A DNA stretch of 64,000 nt from Poseidonia sp. (GCA_038148515.1 JAYQVP010000002.1:92102-156101); one strand, 5' to 3'. Counted from the first letter of the stretch, positions 9,556-19,582 are shown. The notes: a model not told the origin generated them from the letters alone. Numbers and translations: made by a program.

Positions 9556-10188
9556 ATGGGCGAGACACCCTCCCAGCGCATTGGCCTGTGGACCGGTGTG
9601 CAAGCAGGTGCTTTTTTGGGCCTCTTCCTCGGATTTTCCCTTGCGGTAGTATCGGCCCTTACCAACCCGGATGAACTGGTGCAACTCGTTCAGTTCTTGT
9701 GTCTCACCCCCCTCATCTCCGCTGTTGCTATTGGCCCATTCCTGGGCTTGCGAAAAGCTCCTCCTCGCCCCACGGAAGATCCCCTCGAAGTGGTCCGTAC
9801 ACTCCTTGAGCCCATGAACGAAGGTCAAGGACGCTGGCGTGTGCTCAGCCATGTTCGGGGCGACGGTCGGACCGTTCGAATCGACTTGCACCAATCGCGC
9901 CAACCCCTCGCCATCATCGCAGCCACGTTGCCCGTGACGCAGGACTATCCGATTCGCTACATCGTGGGCCGTGGTAGCGCGGGCAGCAGGCAACCTGAAT
10001 TGAGGCAACAAGCGTTGGGGTATATCGAAAACCACATCGACATCGGTCGACGGCGGCGCAGCACGTCCTCTATCGACGTTGTTCCACCATCGGCCATTGA
10101 ACACATGGAGGCAACCCATCGGATGCACCGACGCTTGTTCTACATCCTTCCCATCATCGTCTTCTTTGCATGGCTGGAGATGCGCTGA
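9556..10188 (+). CDS. Hypothetical membrane protein
   Basis: N-terminal TM pair (GAFLGLFLGFSLAVVSAL, LCLTPLISAVAIGPFLGL) and C-terminal TM FYILPIIVFFAWL. The overlapping minus-strand ORF 9502..10389 is Arg/Ser-rich and looks spurious. Confidence 0.45.
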   Translation: MGETPSQRIGLWTGVQAGAFLGLFLGFSLAVVSALTNPDELVQLVQFLCLTPLISAVAIGPFLGLRKAPPRPTEDPLEVVRTLLEPMNEGQGRWRVLSHVRGDGRTVRIDLHQSRQPLAIIAATLPVTQDYPIRYIVGRGSAGSRQPELRQQALGYIENHIDIGRRRRSTSSIDVVPPSAIEHMEATHRMHRRLFYILPIIVFFAWLEMR

Positions 10189-10204
10189 AGGTCTCAACAG
10201 GGCT

Positions 10205-11224
10205 ATGAGGGACGGCGAACTGGGGGGCGATATGGTGAGCGATATGGGGAAGGCCATGGCACGGCTTCGACATCGTGACGTTCGTACTCGGCGGCGAGCG
10301 GTACGCACCTTGTTTGAAAACGACGACCCTACGGCCTTGGAAGCGTTCGAATACCTGCTGGATGACGAAGACTCGTGGTTCGTCAGCAAGGCGTTGGAGG
10401 CCTATCGGCGATGGTGCCCCTCGTCGGGCATCGATACGCTCACGCCATTGTTGAACCACTCGTCAGTCCATGTACGCCGTACTGGGGCCAACCTTCTGGG
10501 TCAGTTTGGTGCAGATGCAGAACAGATGGCGCTCCTCGCCCTCACCGACAAGGACCATGTCGTTCAAAAAAAGGCGGCGGGTTCGCTTCTACAGTCGCCG
10601 ACGATTGACGCAGCTTCGGCCATGCTCGCCCACAGCAACGAGCATGTTCGCGCACTTGGAATCACCCACCCTGCATGCCCACAGGAGGCGATTCTTCGCT
10701 GCCTCAGCGATGCATCAATGCCGGTTCGAGAAGCGGCTTTGAGCGCTGCGATCGCCACGGGATGCGAACTCTCCTTCGATGATGTTGAGCCTTTCCTGTG
10801 GGAAGGCGAGCAACAGGCCGACATTCTTTCCTGGTTGGTCACCAACGACACCAAACGGTTTACCCTCCTCGCCCCCCAACTCACCAGCCAACACGTTCGA
10901 GCCCTCACCACACACCTGCGAGGCCATGTCAGGGATTCCTCTCACCCGCTGATTCAGGCGTTGCTCGAGGCCAATATGCTCGTTCCCGTCGCCCGTTGGG
11001 TGGTGCAACAAGGCCGGCAAGAGGACGACCTGCGGTGGGAATTGGTCGGCGATGCCCGTCTGGAGACCATTGAGCGAAGCAAGGTCCTTGAGCGCTTGAT
11101 CGGTCGTGCGGGAGAGCAAGTGGTACAGGACGAGGTTCAACGCTTGTTGTCACAGCCGCTTGAAGAACTGCTCAAGGTGGCGTGCGAGAACCTATCAACC
11201 GCCGCAGGCGAACTAGCACCATGA
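10205..11224 (+). CDS. HEAT / PBS-lyase repeat protein
   Basis: Repeated helical-pair motifs (DVRTRRRAVRTLFENDDPTALEAF, SWFVSKALEAYRRW, SVHVRRTGANLLGQFG, EHVRALGITHPA). Start moved to the Met following the stop of the previous gene. Confidence 0.55.
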   Translation: MRDGELGGDMVSDMGKAMARLRHRDVRTRRRAVRTLFENDDPTALEAFEYLLDDEDSWFVSKALEAYRRWCPSSGIDTLTPLLNHSSVHVRRTGANLLGQFGADAEQMALLALTDKDHVVQKKAAGSLLQSPTIDAASAMLAHSNEHVRALGITHPACPQEAILRCLSDASMPVREAALSAAIATGCELSFDDVEPFLWEGEQQADILSWLVTNDTKRFTLLAPQLTSQHVRALTTHLRGHVRDSSHPLIQALLEANMLVPVARWVVQQGRQEDDLRWELVGDARLETIERSKVLERLIGRAGEQVVQDEVQRLLSQPLEELLKVACENLSTAAGELAP

Positions 11225-13032
11225 GCGAGCCTTTCTCCGGCTTGAAGTTCCACCTTGACGCTACCGACGCAGCGATGCACCACCTGAAGGTCGGACTTCG
11301 GCTGGAGGGGCCATTCACCGCTCGCCGCTTGGTGTTTCGATTTCCCCGGTGGGTCCCCGGTTCCTACTTCTTACGAGAGCCGATTCAGCACATGTTCGAT
11401 TTTTCCGCCGTGGACGACTTCGGCTCTGACCTCAACTGGAAGCGTGTCGGCGTGGACGGCTTATCCGTCCAAGCACCGACCAACGGCTCCACCCTCAACA
11501 TCCACTACACCCTCTTAGCAAATGAGCTCTCTGTCCGCTCCAATCACCTGGATGCCACCCACTTGCACATGATGCCACCATTTACGTGGATGTGGCCGGA
11601 AAAGGGAATCGATGCGAAGCGATTGACGATGACCCACCATGTTGAATTGGTTTGTCCTGGCGAATGGACTCCTGCCACACAACTGAGGGCTCTTGGTCAC
11701 GATGAAGGAAGCGAGGGAACCTGCATCTGGCAGTTTTCCGCTATCGGCCGAGACATGTTGCTGGATTCCATCCTTGAAGCGAATGCCAACCAAGCGATCA
11801 CCTACACCGTGGACGGCCGTGTCCACCACCTCAAGTGGTGGGACAGCGGAGGGTTGGCACCTCAACACGAGCGAATGGACGCCTTTATTGAAGACACGAA
11901 GCGAATCATCAAAGAGCATCACGCCCTATTTGGGGTCCCTGATTGGCCGGAATACACCACCATCCTTCACCTCACCGAACACTCACGAGGGGGACTGGAA
12001 CACATGAACTCCCAAACATCGATGATGCCACGCCAATGCTTGTTTCCCAAGCATGAGGATGAGTACCGAGACCTCGTGAGCCTGTTCTCCCACGAGTACT
12101 TGCACCAATGGAACGTGAAGCGCCTACGACCGGCATGCTTCCTTGACTACGACTTGCAATCAGAAGTCCACACGGATCTGTTGTGGTGGTTTGAAGGCGG
12201 AACATCGTGGTTGGGTGACATGATATGTGTTCGCTCAGGCGCTTGGTCCGAGGACGACTGGAAAATTGATTTTGAACGCAAAATGAAACGCCATACCAAC
12301 GCCAATGGGATGCACCGAGAATCCCTCGCCGAGTCGAGCCATGATGCGTGGATACACCTCTATAGAAGCGGCCCCTATTCACGCGAAAGCCAAATATCAT
12401 ACTACCTTGAGGGCGAGTTGGCGATGCTGTGTCTCGACGTTGAACTACGACGACGAAACGGCAACACCTTCGGTGCTTGTGACTTGATGGCTGAAGTGGT
12501 CCGCCGGTTCTCCATTACCTCGGATGAAGCCATCGGTCAAGGCGTGGATTATCGTGACATTCGGAACACGTTGAAGGATTGCCCTGGAGGCAGCAGCATG
12601 GGCCCGTACCTTGACCGTTTGGTGAAACACCGGACATTGCCCGCCATCAGCAAAGCCCTTTCCTATTTCCGACTGAAACTCACCCCTCACACATCCGACA
12701 AGGCCGAAAACGGGTGGTTGGGTGTGACCCTCAAGGACACCGCCGGACGAGTGGTGATCACCAGTTACCTTGCCGGCTCCCCATTGCGGCAACTCACGCA
12801 GGTGGGGGATGAATTGCTGGCCTTGAACGGCGTGAGGGTCCAGAACACGTCGCATCTGCAAAAACTCATCCAAGGAGCCCTGGGCCAAACCTTGGCAATG
12901 GATTTCATCCACGAAGGCATTGTCCAACACGCTGAATTTGACGTCCCTGCCTCGCCCCAACACGGCGTAACGCTGAGCGGGAAGGGCAATGAACGATGGC
13001 GTTCGTGGATCACAACTCGTCAGGACCCGTGA
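11221..13032 (+). CDS. M61-family (glycyl aminopeptidase-like) zinc peptidase with C-terminal PDZ domain
   Basis: HExxH-type motif in LFSHEYLHQWNVKRLRP. C-terminal PDZ-like segment GWLGVTLKDTAGRVVITSYLAGSPLRQLTQVGDELLALNGVRV. ATGA overlap with the HEAT gene stop. Confidence 0.65.
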   Translation: MSEPFSGLKFHLDATDAAMHHLKVGLRLEGPFTARRLVFRFPRWVPGSYFLREPIQHMFDFSAVDDFGSDLNWKRVGVDGLSVQAPTNGSTLNIHYTLLANELSVRSNHLDATHLHMMPPFTWMWPEKGIDAKRLTMTHHVELVCPGEWTPATQLRALGHDEGSEGTCIWQFSAIGRDMLLDSILEANANQAITYTVDGRVHHLKWWDSGGLAPQHERMDAFIEDTKRIIKEHHALFGVPDWPEYTTILHLTEHSRGGLEHMNSQTSMMPRQCLFPKHEDEYRDLVSLFSHEYLHQWNVKRLRPACFLDYDLQSEVHTDLLWWFEGGTSWLGDMICVRSGAWSEDDWKIDFERKMKRHTNANGMHRESLAESSHDAWIHLYRSGPYSRESQISYYLEGELAMLCLDVELRRRNGNTFGACDLMAEVVRRFSITSDEAIGQGVDYRDIRNTLKDCPGGSSMGPYLDRLVKHRTLPAISKALSYFRLKLTPHTSDKAENGWLGVTLKDTAGRVVITSYLAGSPLRQLTQVGDELLALNGVRVQNTSHLQKLIQGALGQTLAMDFIHEGIVQHAEFDVPASPQHGVTLSGKGNERWRSWITTRQDP

Positions 13033-13459
13033 AGGGCGGAAGAGCCGACAGACGCTCGAGCGAGACGAAGATTGGAGGAGTTTCATCCGCGATGGTGTGT
13101 CGACTGGTTTTCGGAGGATAAACGTCTGAGGATAAGGCCATGGCAATCACATCAGCCTTGGTCAACCCGTCCAAGCCGCAGGAAGGCCAAACATCAACCT
13201 CAATTCCCTCATCCGTAAGGTAGTCAACACACAATGCAGGAACCCGTTTGAGCCCGAGCATGATCGCCACTGAATGCCGATGATGGCCGTCAAGAATCGC
13301 TCCAGTAGCCCGGTCAACGATGAGTGGCTTGGTGTAACCCCCCCATCGCTGCGTCATCTCGAGGAGTTTGTCGCGGTTCTTTTCCTTGATTTCTTCATGA
13401 GCCTTGAGCCAACTCAGTGGAACGAGGTGGACATCGTCTTCGGTCCACTCCATGTGCAT
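13010..13459 (-). CDS. ParB/sulfiredoxin-like (ParB N-terminal domain) protein
   Basis: VPLSWLKAHEEI ... KPLIVDRATGAILDGHHRHSVAIMLG matches the ParB-NTD / Srx fold (GxxxDGHHR). Start taken at an internal Met because the ORF-track start at 13492 overlaps the divergent gene start. Confidence 0.55.
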   Translation of the reverse strand: MHMEWTEDDVHLVPLSWLKAHEEIKEKNRDKLLEMTQRWGGYTKPLIVDRATGAILDGHHRHSVAIMLGLKRVPALCVDYLTDEGIEVDVWPSCGLDGLTKADVIAMALSSDVYPPKTSRHTIADETPPIFVSLERLSALPPFTGPDEL

Positions 13460-13523
13460 ACGTGCAGCGATTGTCCCATAATGCTTTTTCATGGACCCGA
13501 TAAGGCAATGTCAAGGGAAGCCC

Positions 13524-14885
13524 ATGGACGAACGGCAACCGTTGAGTTTGGGCGTCGAGGCTGACTTCGAGGGACAACCCTGCCCGCCTCACATCATCCG
13601 ATGGTTGGCCTCGTTACCGAGCGATGCTCTCGGCATCCTCGACAGACTCGCAAGGGCTGGCCACGGTGCTTGGTTGGTGGGGGGGTGCGTGCGAGATGCA
13701 TGGTTGCAACAGGCTGGAGATGACATCGACATGTGCACCACCGCAACACCCGATGAGGTGATGTTGTTGTTTTCCCAGCGCGCCATCGCCACGGGTATTG
13801 ATTTTGGTACCGTGACCATCAAAGGCGACGCTCGTCATTACGAAGTGACAACCTGCCGAACTGAATCGTTGTACAGAGACGGTCGGCGACCGGATCAGGT
13901 CGCATGGGGAACCTCGCTGAAGGAGGACTTGAGCCGACGGGATTTCACCTTCAACAGCATGGCAGTCGATGTTGCCCGAGCCCGATTCTACGACCCCTAC
14001 AACGGCGTGGGTGATTTGAACATGCAACGGGTCCGTGCTGTCGGTGACGCGAATGTTCGCTGTGAAGAAGACGCCCTGCGCATCTTGCGCGCCTATCGTT
14101 TTCTAGACCAATCAGGATCGGCGCTGAGGACGATGGACCCTGCCTTGCAGGGAGCCGTACGAAACGCTCGCGACCGATTGAGCATGGTGGCGGTTGAACG
14201 GAAGTGGATTGAGATGCAAAAGATGCTCGCAGGACCCTGCGCAGGGGCAGTCCTGCGTGAAATGGCGTGTGACGGCGTTTTGGGCGCTGTGTTTGAACAG
14301 TGCTCCATCATTGACCCTGCCATGTTCAGCCTGCTCGACGATGAGCGAATCCACCCTGTTTCGTTGGCCGAACAACTCGCCTTGCTCATGTCGCAACACG
14401 ACGGCAGGGCGCTGTTGAACCAATTGGAAGCCTTGAAGGTCCCGAAGAAATTGATGAAAGAGACGCTTCAAGTTCACGAGCGTTTGGCTCATCTGCCGGG
14501 CACGACCAAGCCTGAATTGCGGGTCTTCGACCATGTCCTGGGCGATGCTGCTGGCTCGCATTTACGTATTCGATGCGGTTTTCAGCGAATGAACATCGCC
14601 AAGGTGGGTGGACGGATATTGGAAGGTGATGCATTGCTGGTGCACGACGCATGGCAGTCGCTTCCGACTCGCCTTTCGCCAGAGAGATGTCTGGTCGACG
14701 GCCACTGGCTCATGGAACGGACAGCACTGGCCGAGGGAATGAAACTCGGACGCCTGAAATCGTGGATACACCGACTCCAAATCGAGGAGGACGTGACTGA
14801 GCCCAGTGAGATGGAGCGGATTCTTGCACGCCTCCCCTATGTCCACGGTGACTACGAATCCTGGCCTCGCCTCGAATTCCCTTGA
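13524..14885 (+). CDS. Class II (bacterial/eukaryotic-type) tRNA nucleotidyltransferase / poly(A) polymerase family protein (CCA-adding-like) without an HD domain
   Basis: Head-domain motifs AWLVGGCVRDAWLQQAGDDIDMCT and HYEVTTCRTESLYRDGRRPDQVAWGTSLKEDLSRRDFTFNSMAVD match the PcnB/Cca class II signature (GGxVRD, DxD, RRDFTxN). Confidence 0.7.
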   Translation: MDERQPLSLGVEADFEGQPCPPHIIRWLASLPSDALGILDRLARAGHGAWLVGGCVRDAWLQQAGDDIDMCTTATPDEVMLLFSQRAIATGIDFGTVTIKGDARHYEVTTCRTESLYRDGRRPDQVAWGTSLKEDLSRRDFTFNSMAVDVARARFYDPYNGVGDLNMQRVRAVGDANVRCEEDALRILRAYRFLDQSGSALRTMDPALQGAVRNARDRLSMVAVERKWIEMQKMLAGPCAGAVLREMACDGVLGAVFEQCSIIDPAMFSLLDDERIHPVSLAEQLALLMSQHDGRALLNQLEALKVPKKLMKETLQVHERLAHLPGTTKPELRVFDHVLGDAAGSHLRIRCGFQRMNIAKVGGRILEGDALLVHDAWQSLPTRLSPERCLVDGHWLMERTALAEGMKLGRLKSWIHRLQIEEDVTEPSEMERILARLPYVHGDYESWPRLEFP

Positions 14886-14931
14886 TGAATGTCGCCATCA
14901 ACTTGAAGACTTTTGCCAATTCTGGAAAATC

Positions 14932-16074
14932 ATGGCCCGGGTTGACTTGCCGGAGAAGGTCGTGTTTGAAAGCCGAGTTGCTGAAATACAACAGCGCGTT
15001 GATAACATCACCTCCAGCAACCGGATGGCGAAACTCCTTCATGGCAACTTCAAAACATGGCTGAACTCCTCATCAATATCGCCGCTTCAGCTCACGCTGG
15101 ACATGGACAATGACCGAAACGGGTACATTTCTCAGCACGAATTCGCCACCCTTCTTGAGTCCATGACCGGTGAGCGCCCTCCCAACTGGGTGAGCGAATT
15201 GGTGTTTTCTTTTGTCGACGCCAAGTCTGACATGGGCATACCGTTGAGCGATTGGTTGGCCTTCCTCGCGGCCAGTGGCATGGACATCCCCGAAGACATG
15301 TTTCCCTCGATGAAGGACGTCAATGGCACCATTGTTGTGAACCCAACCTCGGTCATGGTGGGCGAATCCGTCAAGGTCGTCGTTGAGTTTGACCAAAACA
15401 TCCTTGCTTACGAAATTGCAGCAACCAACCTCACCACGGGTGAGAAAGAAGGGTTTTTGACACCCGTTGAGGACATGGACGCCCCAAACAAAGACGAATT
15501 TGTCCTCGAGCCGGACGAAACTGGCGAATACGAAGTGCAACTCATCCATCTCGGTAAATTGCTTGCTTTGACGAAGGTGATGGTCGATGCCCCCGTCATC
15601 AAGGAGTCGAGCGAGGAACCGACCGTTGACGAGGAAACCTCTGCTGAAAACAACACGGAGGATGACGTTGAAAACGAGGTTGAGAGCGACGAAGCCCCCG
15701 GGGTTGAAAACACCGAAGATATGGCCGCACCGATGGTGGTCAACGTCGAGGACCACACACCTACAAGCCCGTTGGTCGAACTCATTCAGGCCCTTGACAA
15801 AACCCGCTTGAGGAGTGAATCCGTGGCCATGCTCAGGGACCAACCAAGTCTCGATGTCGCCTTCGTAGTGACGGGCCAGCATCGGACCCTGCTCGGCGAA
15901 GCCGAGTTCAAGAACGGAACAACGTTAACTTGTAGCCACCCAGAAGGGTTTGAGTTTGAATTGATGACCCGCCCAACGGACGCACCCCCCACAGTGGGAC
16001 AACGAATGACGGGGACTGTCGTTCCGATGCAGTGGTCCATCGCTACGCGGCGCTTGGTGTGCCGAGAGCGTTGA
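14932..16074 (+). CDS. EF-hand calcium-binding domain protein with acidic low-complexity linker
   Basis: Canonical EF-hand loop DMDNDRNGYISQHEF, then a beta-rich middle and an acidic stretch EEPTVDEETSAENNTEDDVENEVESDEAPGVENTED. Start set at an internal Met after the stop of the upstream gene. Confidence 0.5.
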   Translation: MARVDLPEKVVFESRVAEIQQRVDNITSSNRMAKLLHGNFKTWLNSSSISPLQLTLDMDNDRNGYISQHEFATLLESMTGERPPNWVSELVFSFVDAKSDMGIPLSDWLAFLAASGMDIPEDMFPSMKDVNGTIVVNPTSVMVGESVKVVVEFDQNILAYEIAATNLTTGEKEGFLTPVEDMDAPNKDEFVLEPDETGEYEVQLIHLGKLLALTKVMVDAPVIKESSEEPTVDEETSAENNTEDDVENEVESDEAPGVENTEDMAAPMVVNVEDHTPTSPLVELIQALDKTRLRSESVAMLRDQPSLDVAFVVTGQHRTLLGEAEFKNGTTLTCSHPEGFEFELMTRPTDAPPTVGQRMTGTVVPMQWSIATRRLVCRER

Positions 16075-16075
16075 T

Positions 16076-17245
16076 TCATTTCAGAGCACGTGCGATTACA
16101 ATGCGTTGGACTTCTTGTGTCCCCTCATAAATTTGGGTAATTTTGGCGTCGCGGAAGAACCGTTCGACAGGGAATTCCTTCGTGTAACCGTAGCCACCCA
16201 ACACCTGTATAGCACGTTCGGAGACCCACATTGCCGTGTCGCCAGCGAACAGTTTTGCCATGCTCGCCTCTTTGGAATGACGGGGTCCGTTGGCGTGGTA
16301 GTGTTGCTCCTTGGTCCATGCTGCCTTGTACACCAGCATCCGAGCGGCTTCAATTTGCGTCGCCATGTCTGCCAGGTAAGCCATGATCATTTGGTGGTGA
16401 GCGATGGGTTTGCCGAAGGCTTCTCGTTCATGAGCGTATTTCAAGGCTGATTCGTAAGCGCCTTGAGCAATCCCGAGGGCTTGCGCAGCGATGCCGATGC
16501 GGCTGTTGTCCAGCGCATTCATAGCAATTGGGAACCCGTTACCCGCGCCTTTGATGACGTTTTCAACCGGCACCTTGCAGTTGTTCAGCACCAACGTGCA
16601 TGTATCAGAAGATCGAATACCAAGTTTGTCCTCCTTTTTGCCGACACTGAATCCTTCAAAGGATGCATCTACGATGAACGCTGTGCTGCCCCCGTGCTTT
16701 TTCACGCCGTATTCAGGATGGTCCACGTCTTTTGCAAACAGCACCAAAATTTGGGCTTGGGCACCGTTCGTGACCCACATTTTCTCGCCGTTGAGGATGT
16801 AGTGCGTACCATCTTCGGAAAGTTTGGCTTTGCAGGACATCGCTGCGGCGTCGGTTCCCGCACCAGCTTCAGAAAGTGAGTATGCACCTACTTCGCCCGC
16901 TGCAAGGCGAGGGAGATAGGTGCTCTTCTGGTGTTCATCGCCGTGCAGGGCAATCGTCATCGAGCACAAGCCAACGTGGACACAGAACATGACGGCGAAC
17001 GAAGGGTCGACTCTGGCCAACTCTTCGATGATGATCGCTTCCGATACATCATCGATAGGAGAACCTCCGTACGCTTCGGGGATGGTAATCCCATGCAATC
17101 CGTATTCAAGGAAGGCGGCCCATTCCTCTGAGGGTGGAATTTGTTGTTGATCGCGATGCTCAACCGTCGGTGCAAGAACGGTTTCTGCGAAATCCCGCAC
17201 CATCTCTCGAATCATTTGTTGTTCGTCGGTTTCTGCAAATATCAT
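16076..17245 (-). CDS. Acyl-CoA dehydrogenase
   Basis: Full-length ACAD similarity (YSLSEAGAGTDAAAM, WVTNGAQAQILVLFAK, QVLGGYGYTKEFPVERFFRDAKITQIYEGT). Confidence 0.85.
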   Translation of the reverse strand: MIFAETDEQQMIREMVRDFAETVLAPTVEHRDQQQIPPSEEWAAFLEYGLHGITIPEAYGGSPIDDVSEAIIIEELARVDPSFAVMFCVHVGLCSMTIALHGDEHQKSTYLPRLAAGEVGAYSLSEAGAGTDAAAMSCKAKLSEDGTHYILNGEKMWVTNGAQAQILVLFAKDVDHPEYGVKKHGGSTAFIVDASFEGFSVGKKEDKLGIRSSDTCTLVLNNCKVPVENVIKGAGNGFPIAMNALDNSRIGIAAQALGIAQGAYESALKYAHEREAFGKPIAHHQMIMAYLADMATQIEAARMLVYKAAWTKEQHYHANGPRHSKEASMAKLFAGDTAMWVSERAIQVLGGYGYTKEFPVERFFRDAKITQIYEGTQEVQRIVIARALK

Positions 17246-17362
17246 GCGCTCCCCATGGTGGCCAAACCTAGGAGTTTCTTAACCCGTTTGTTTGATTCAA
17301 AAAACACAGTTTCCCCAGTCTTCATATACCACCTGTGGAAGCCGCGTTTTGAGGAGAACACC

Positions 17363-17788
17363 ATGGATGACGACATCATCGAGTTCAACATCGCACAGGA
17401 CCGCAAATATTCGAGGGACCACTTGTGGTTCCAACAAAAGGAACAGAAGTTGATGATCGGCGTGAGCGAATTCATGCGCTTTGAAATCGGTGACATTCTC
17501 CGAGTGATTCTCCCCCAGGCAGAAACCGAAGTGGACGAAGGTGGCAGCCTCTTCTCATTGTGGTCGGCGGATGAAAAAATCTCCCTGGTATCCCCCTTCT
17601 CAGGCGTCATTTCCGATGTCAACGGCGAGGTTGAAATCAACCCCGATCTCGTCAACGACTCCGCCTACAACGACGGGTGGATCATCCTCCTTGAGCCCCA
17701 TGAATTGCAGGTCAATCCAGACGAGAAACAGTTGCTCGAAAACCTGATGGAGCACGACGAATACATTGAGTACCTAGCTGAAATGTGA
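17363..17788 (+). CDS. Glycine-cleavage H-protein-like (lipoyl-domain) protein
   Basis: SRDHLWFQQKEQKLMIGVSEFMRFEIGDI ... SPFSGVISDVNGEV ... YNDGWIILLEP resembles the GcvH fold. Start moved to the Met at 17363 after the acyl-CoA dehydrogenase gene. Confidence 0.6.
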   Translation: MDDDIIEFNIAQDRKYSRDHLWFQQKEQKLMIGVSEFMRFEIGDILRVILPQAETEVDEGGSLFSLWSADEKISLVSPFSGVISDVNGEVEINPDLVNDSAYNDGWIILLEPHELQVNPDEKQLLENLMEHDEYIEYLAEM

Positions 17789-17847
17789 GCTTCCACCCGA
17801 GGCGAACACGCCTCAAGGATGATTAACTCAGGGTCTGTCCTCATCGT

Positions 17848-18420
17848 ATGGACGACCCCATGGAGCAACTGAGACAAAGTTTGCAATCGGCTCCCGTCAT
17901 TTGGAAAGGTGACTACCCATACTTCATCCACCCCATCACCGATGGGGTACCGCGAATGCATCCCGAGGTGCTTCAGGCCATCACCGACCTCGTGGTACAA
18001 CGGGTTGATTGGAGCGAAATTGACCTCCTCTTGGGTATTGAGGCGATGGGGTTGCCCCTGACCGCCCCCCTGAGCATGGCGACGGGGATTCCCCTCGTGA
18101 TTGCCCGCAAACGGTCGTACGGATTGGAAGGGGAAGTCGAAATCGACCAATCCACTGGCTACTCCAAAGGAGCGATGTACCTCAACAACCTCAAACCCGG
18201 GGAAAGGATTGCCATCCTCGACGATGTTCTGTCAACCGGCGGCACATTGGAAGCCGTCATCCGTGGAGTACAACGCGCAGACGCCGTGGTGACAGACATC
18301 ATCGCTGTGGTGGAAAAAGGTGGGGGACTTCGAAGGTTGCAAGAACTCTACCCCGCCATCCGAATCCAGTCGTTGGTTCGCTTGGAAATGGACGGCGACA
18401 AAGTTGTTCTTTTGGATTGA
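17848..18420 (+). CDS. Purine phosphoribosyltransferase (archaeal Hpt/Apt-like)
   Basis: PRPP-binding motif IAILDDVLSTGGTLEAV. Length and layout are typical of archaeal ~190-aa PRTases. Confidence 0.7.
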   Translation: MDDPMEQLRQSLQSAPVIWKGDYPYFIHPITDGVPRMHPEVLQAITDLVVQRVDWSEIDLLLGIEAMGLPLTAPLSMATGIPLVIARKRSYGLEGEVEIDQSTGYSKGAMYLNNLKPGERIAILDDVLSTGGTLEAVIRGVQRADAVVTDIIAVVEKGGGLRRLQELYPAIRIQSLVRLEMDGDKVVLLD

Positions 18421-18463
18421 ATGCTGATGGGTGGCTTCATGAGGGGGTGGCGCTGCCCTCGCT

Positions 18464-19582
18464 TTGAGGCAGACCATGGACCTTGACCGCCACGATTTCG
18501 AATTGGATGAATTGATGGAGCGCATTCGTTCCAACGACCATCGATTGATCGCACTGCAAGTGCCAGAGGGCCTGAAGATGCAAGCGTTGGAGATGATGGA
18601 CACCATTGAAACGGAGACAAGCACCCATGTTGTGCTCGCAGCCGACCCGTGTTACGGAGCCTGTGACTTGGTGCACGACAAGATGAAACTGATGGGCGTT
18701 GAACTCGTCGCTCACATGGGTCACTCGCAAATGAACATTGATTCCGGCATGCCAACACAATTCATCAACGTGACCTATGACGGCGACCCTGAATTGAGCC
18801 CGGTTTTACCATGGCTTGAACAGCACCGTGCCATGGCTATGGAACGTTTGAACAACACACCGTCCCAACCGGTCGATGAAAGTGAAGCCCAAGAGCGGTT
18901 TATGGACGCCGTGGGCCGATTGGCCCCGTTGACGGATACCAAACTCGGCCTTGTTGGCTCCATCCAACACCTCCATCTCCTCCCTGAATTTCACGACCGT
19001 CTTGAACAAGCGGGCTTCGATGTCACCATCCCCATCGGAGGGGCTCGCCTCTCGTTCCCGGGCCAAGTGTTGGGGTGCAATTATTCGGGCGACGACCCGA
19101 GCATTGGCCATTACCTGTTCCTCGGAAGCGGCGATTTCCACCCGATTGGCCTGGTGCTTCACACCGGGAAACCACTGGCCATGTTGGACCCGTACACCGG
19201 CGAAGCCGAGGAAATGTCCCTCCAGCGCATTGAGCGCATCCTTCGCCAACGGTTTGGCCTCATCATGAGCGTCCAAGACGCCGATTCGTTCGGCATCCTC
19301 ATCGGCGAAAAACCAGGTCAGATGCGCCGCACGCTGGCCTTGCGCATGAAGCGCATGCTGGCCAAACACGGGAAGAAAGGCTACTTGCTCGCTCTTGAGC
19401 ACGTTGGCCCCGAACTCATTGATTTCTATCCCGTTGATGCCTTTGTCAACACTGCCTGCCCCCGTATCGCCATTGATGACGCCGTCAAGTATCGTAAACC
19501 GCTCATCACGCCGTTTGAACTCGAGGTAGCCTTGGGCGAAAAGCAATGGGAGACGGGTTACCAGTTTGACGAAATCCCGTGA
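18464..19582 (+). CDS. dph2: Diphthamide biosynthesis 2-(3-amino-3-carboxypropyl)histidine synthase Dph2
   Basis: Three-domain Dph2 layout with one conserved Cys per domain (CYGACD, LGCNYSGDD, NTACPRIAID). Confidence 0.75.
   Translation: MRQTMDLDRHDFELDELMERIRSNDHRLIALQVPEGLKMQALEMMDTIETETSTHVVLAADPCYGACDLVHDKMKLMGVELVAHMGHSQMNIDSGMPTQFINVTYDGDPELSPVLPWLEQHRAMAMERLNNTPSQPVDESEAQERFMDAVGRLAPLTDTKLGLVGSIQHLHLLPEFHDRLEQAGFDVTIPIGGARLSFPGQVLGCNYSGDDPSIGHYLFLGSGDFHPIGLVLHTGKPLAMLDPYTGEAEEMSLQRIERILRQRFGLIMSVQDADSFGILIGEKPGQMRRTLALRMKRMLAKHGKKGYLLALEHVGPELIDFYPVDAFVNTACPRIAIDDAVKYRKPLITPFELEVALGEKQWETGYQFDEIP

Noticed and set aside
9502-10389. 295-aa minus-strand ORF overlapping the 9556..10188 membrane protein and the HEAT-repeat gene
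   Set aside because: Extremely Arg/Ser-rich with no hydrophobic core. The two plus-strand genes have coherent TM and HEAT features.
13488-13494. Apparent head-to-head overlap of start codons (CATG) between the ParB-like gene and the class II NTase gene
   Set aside because: This is not a real overlap. Both genes have in-frame internal Met codons (13459 and 13524) that fit family N-termini better, leaving a ~65-bp divergent promoter region.
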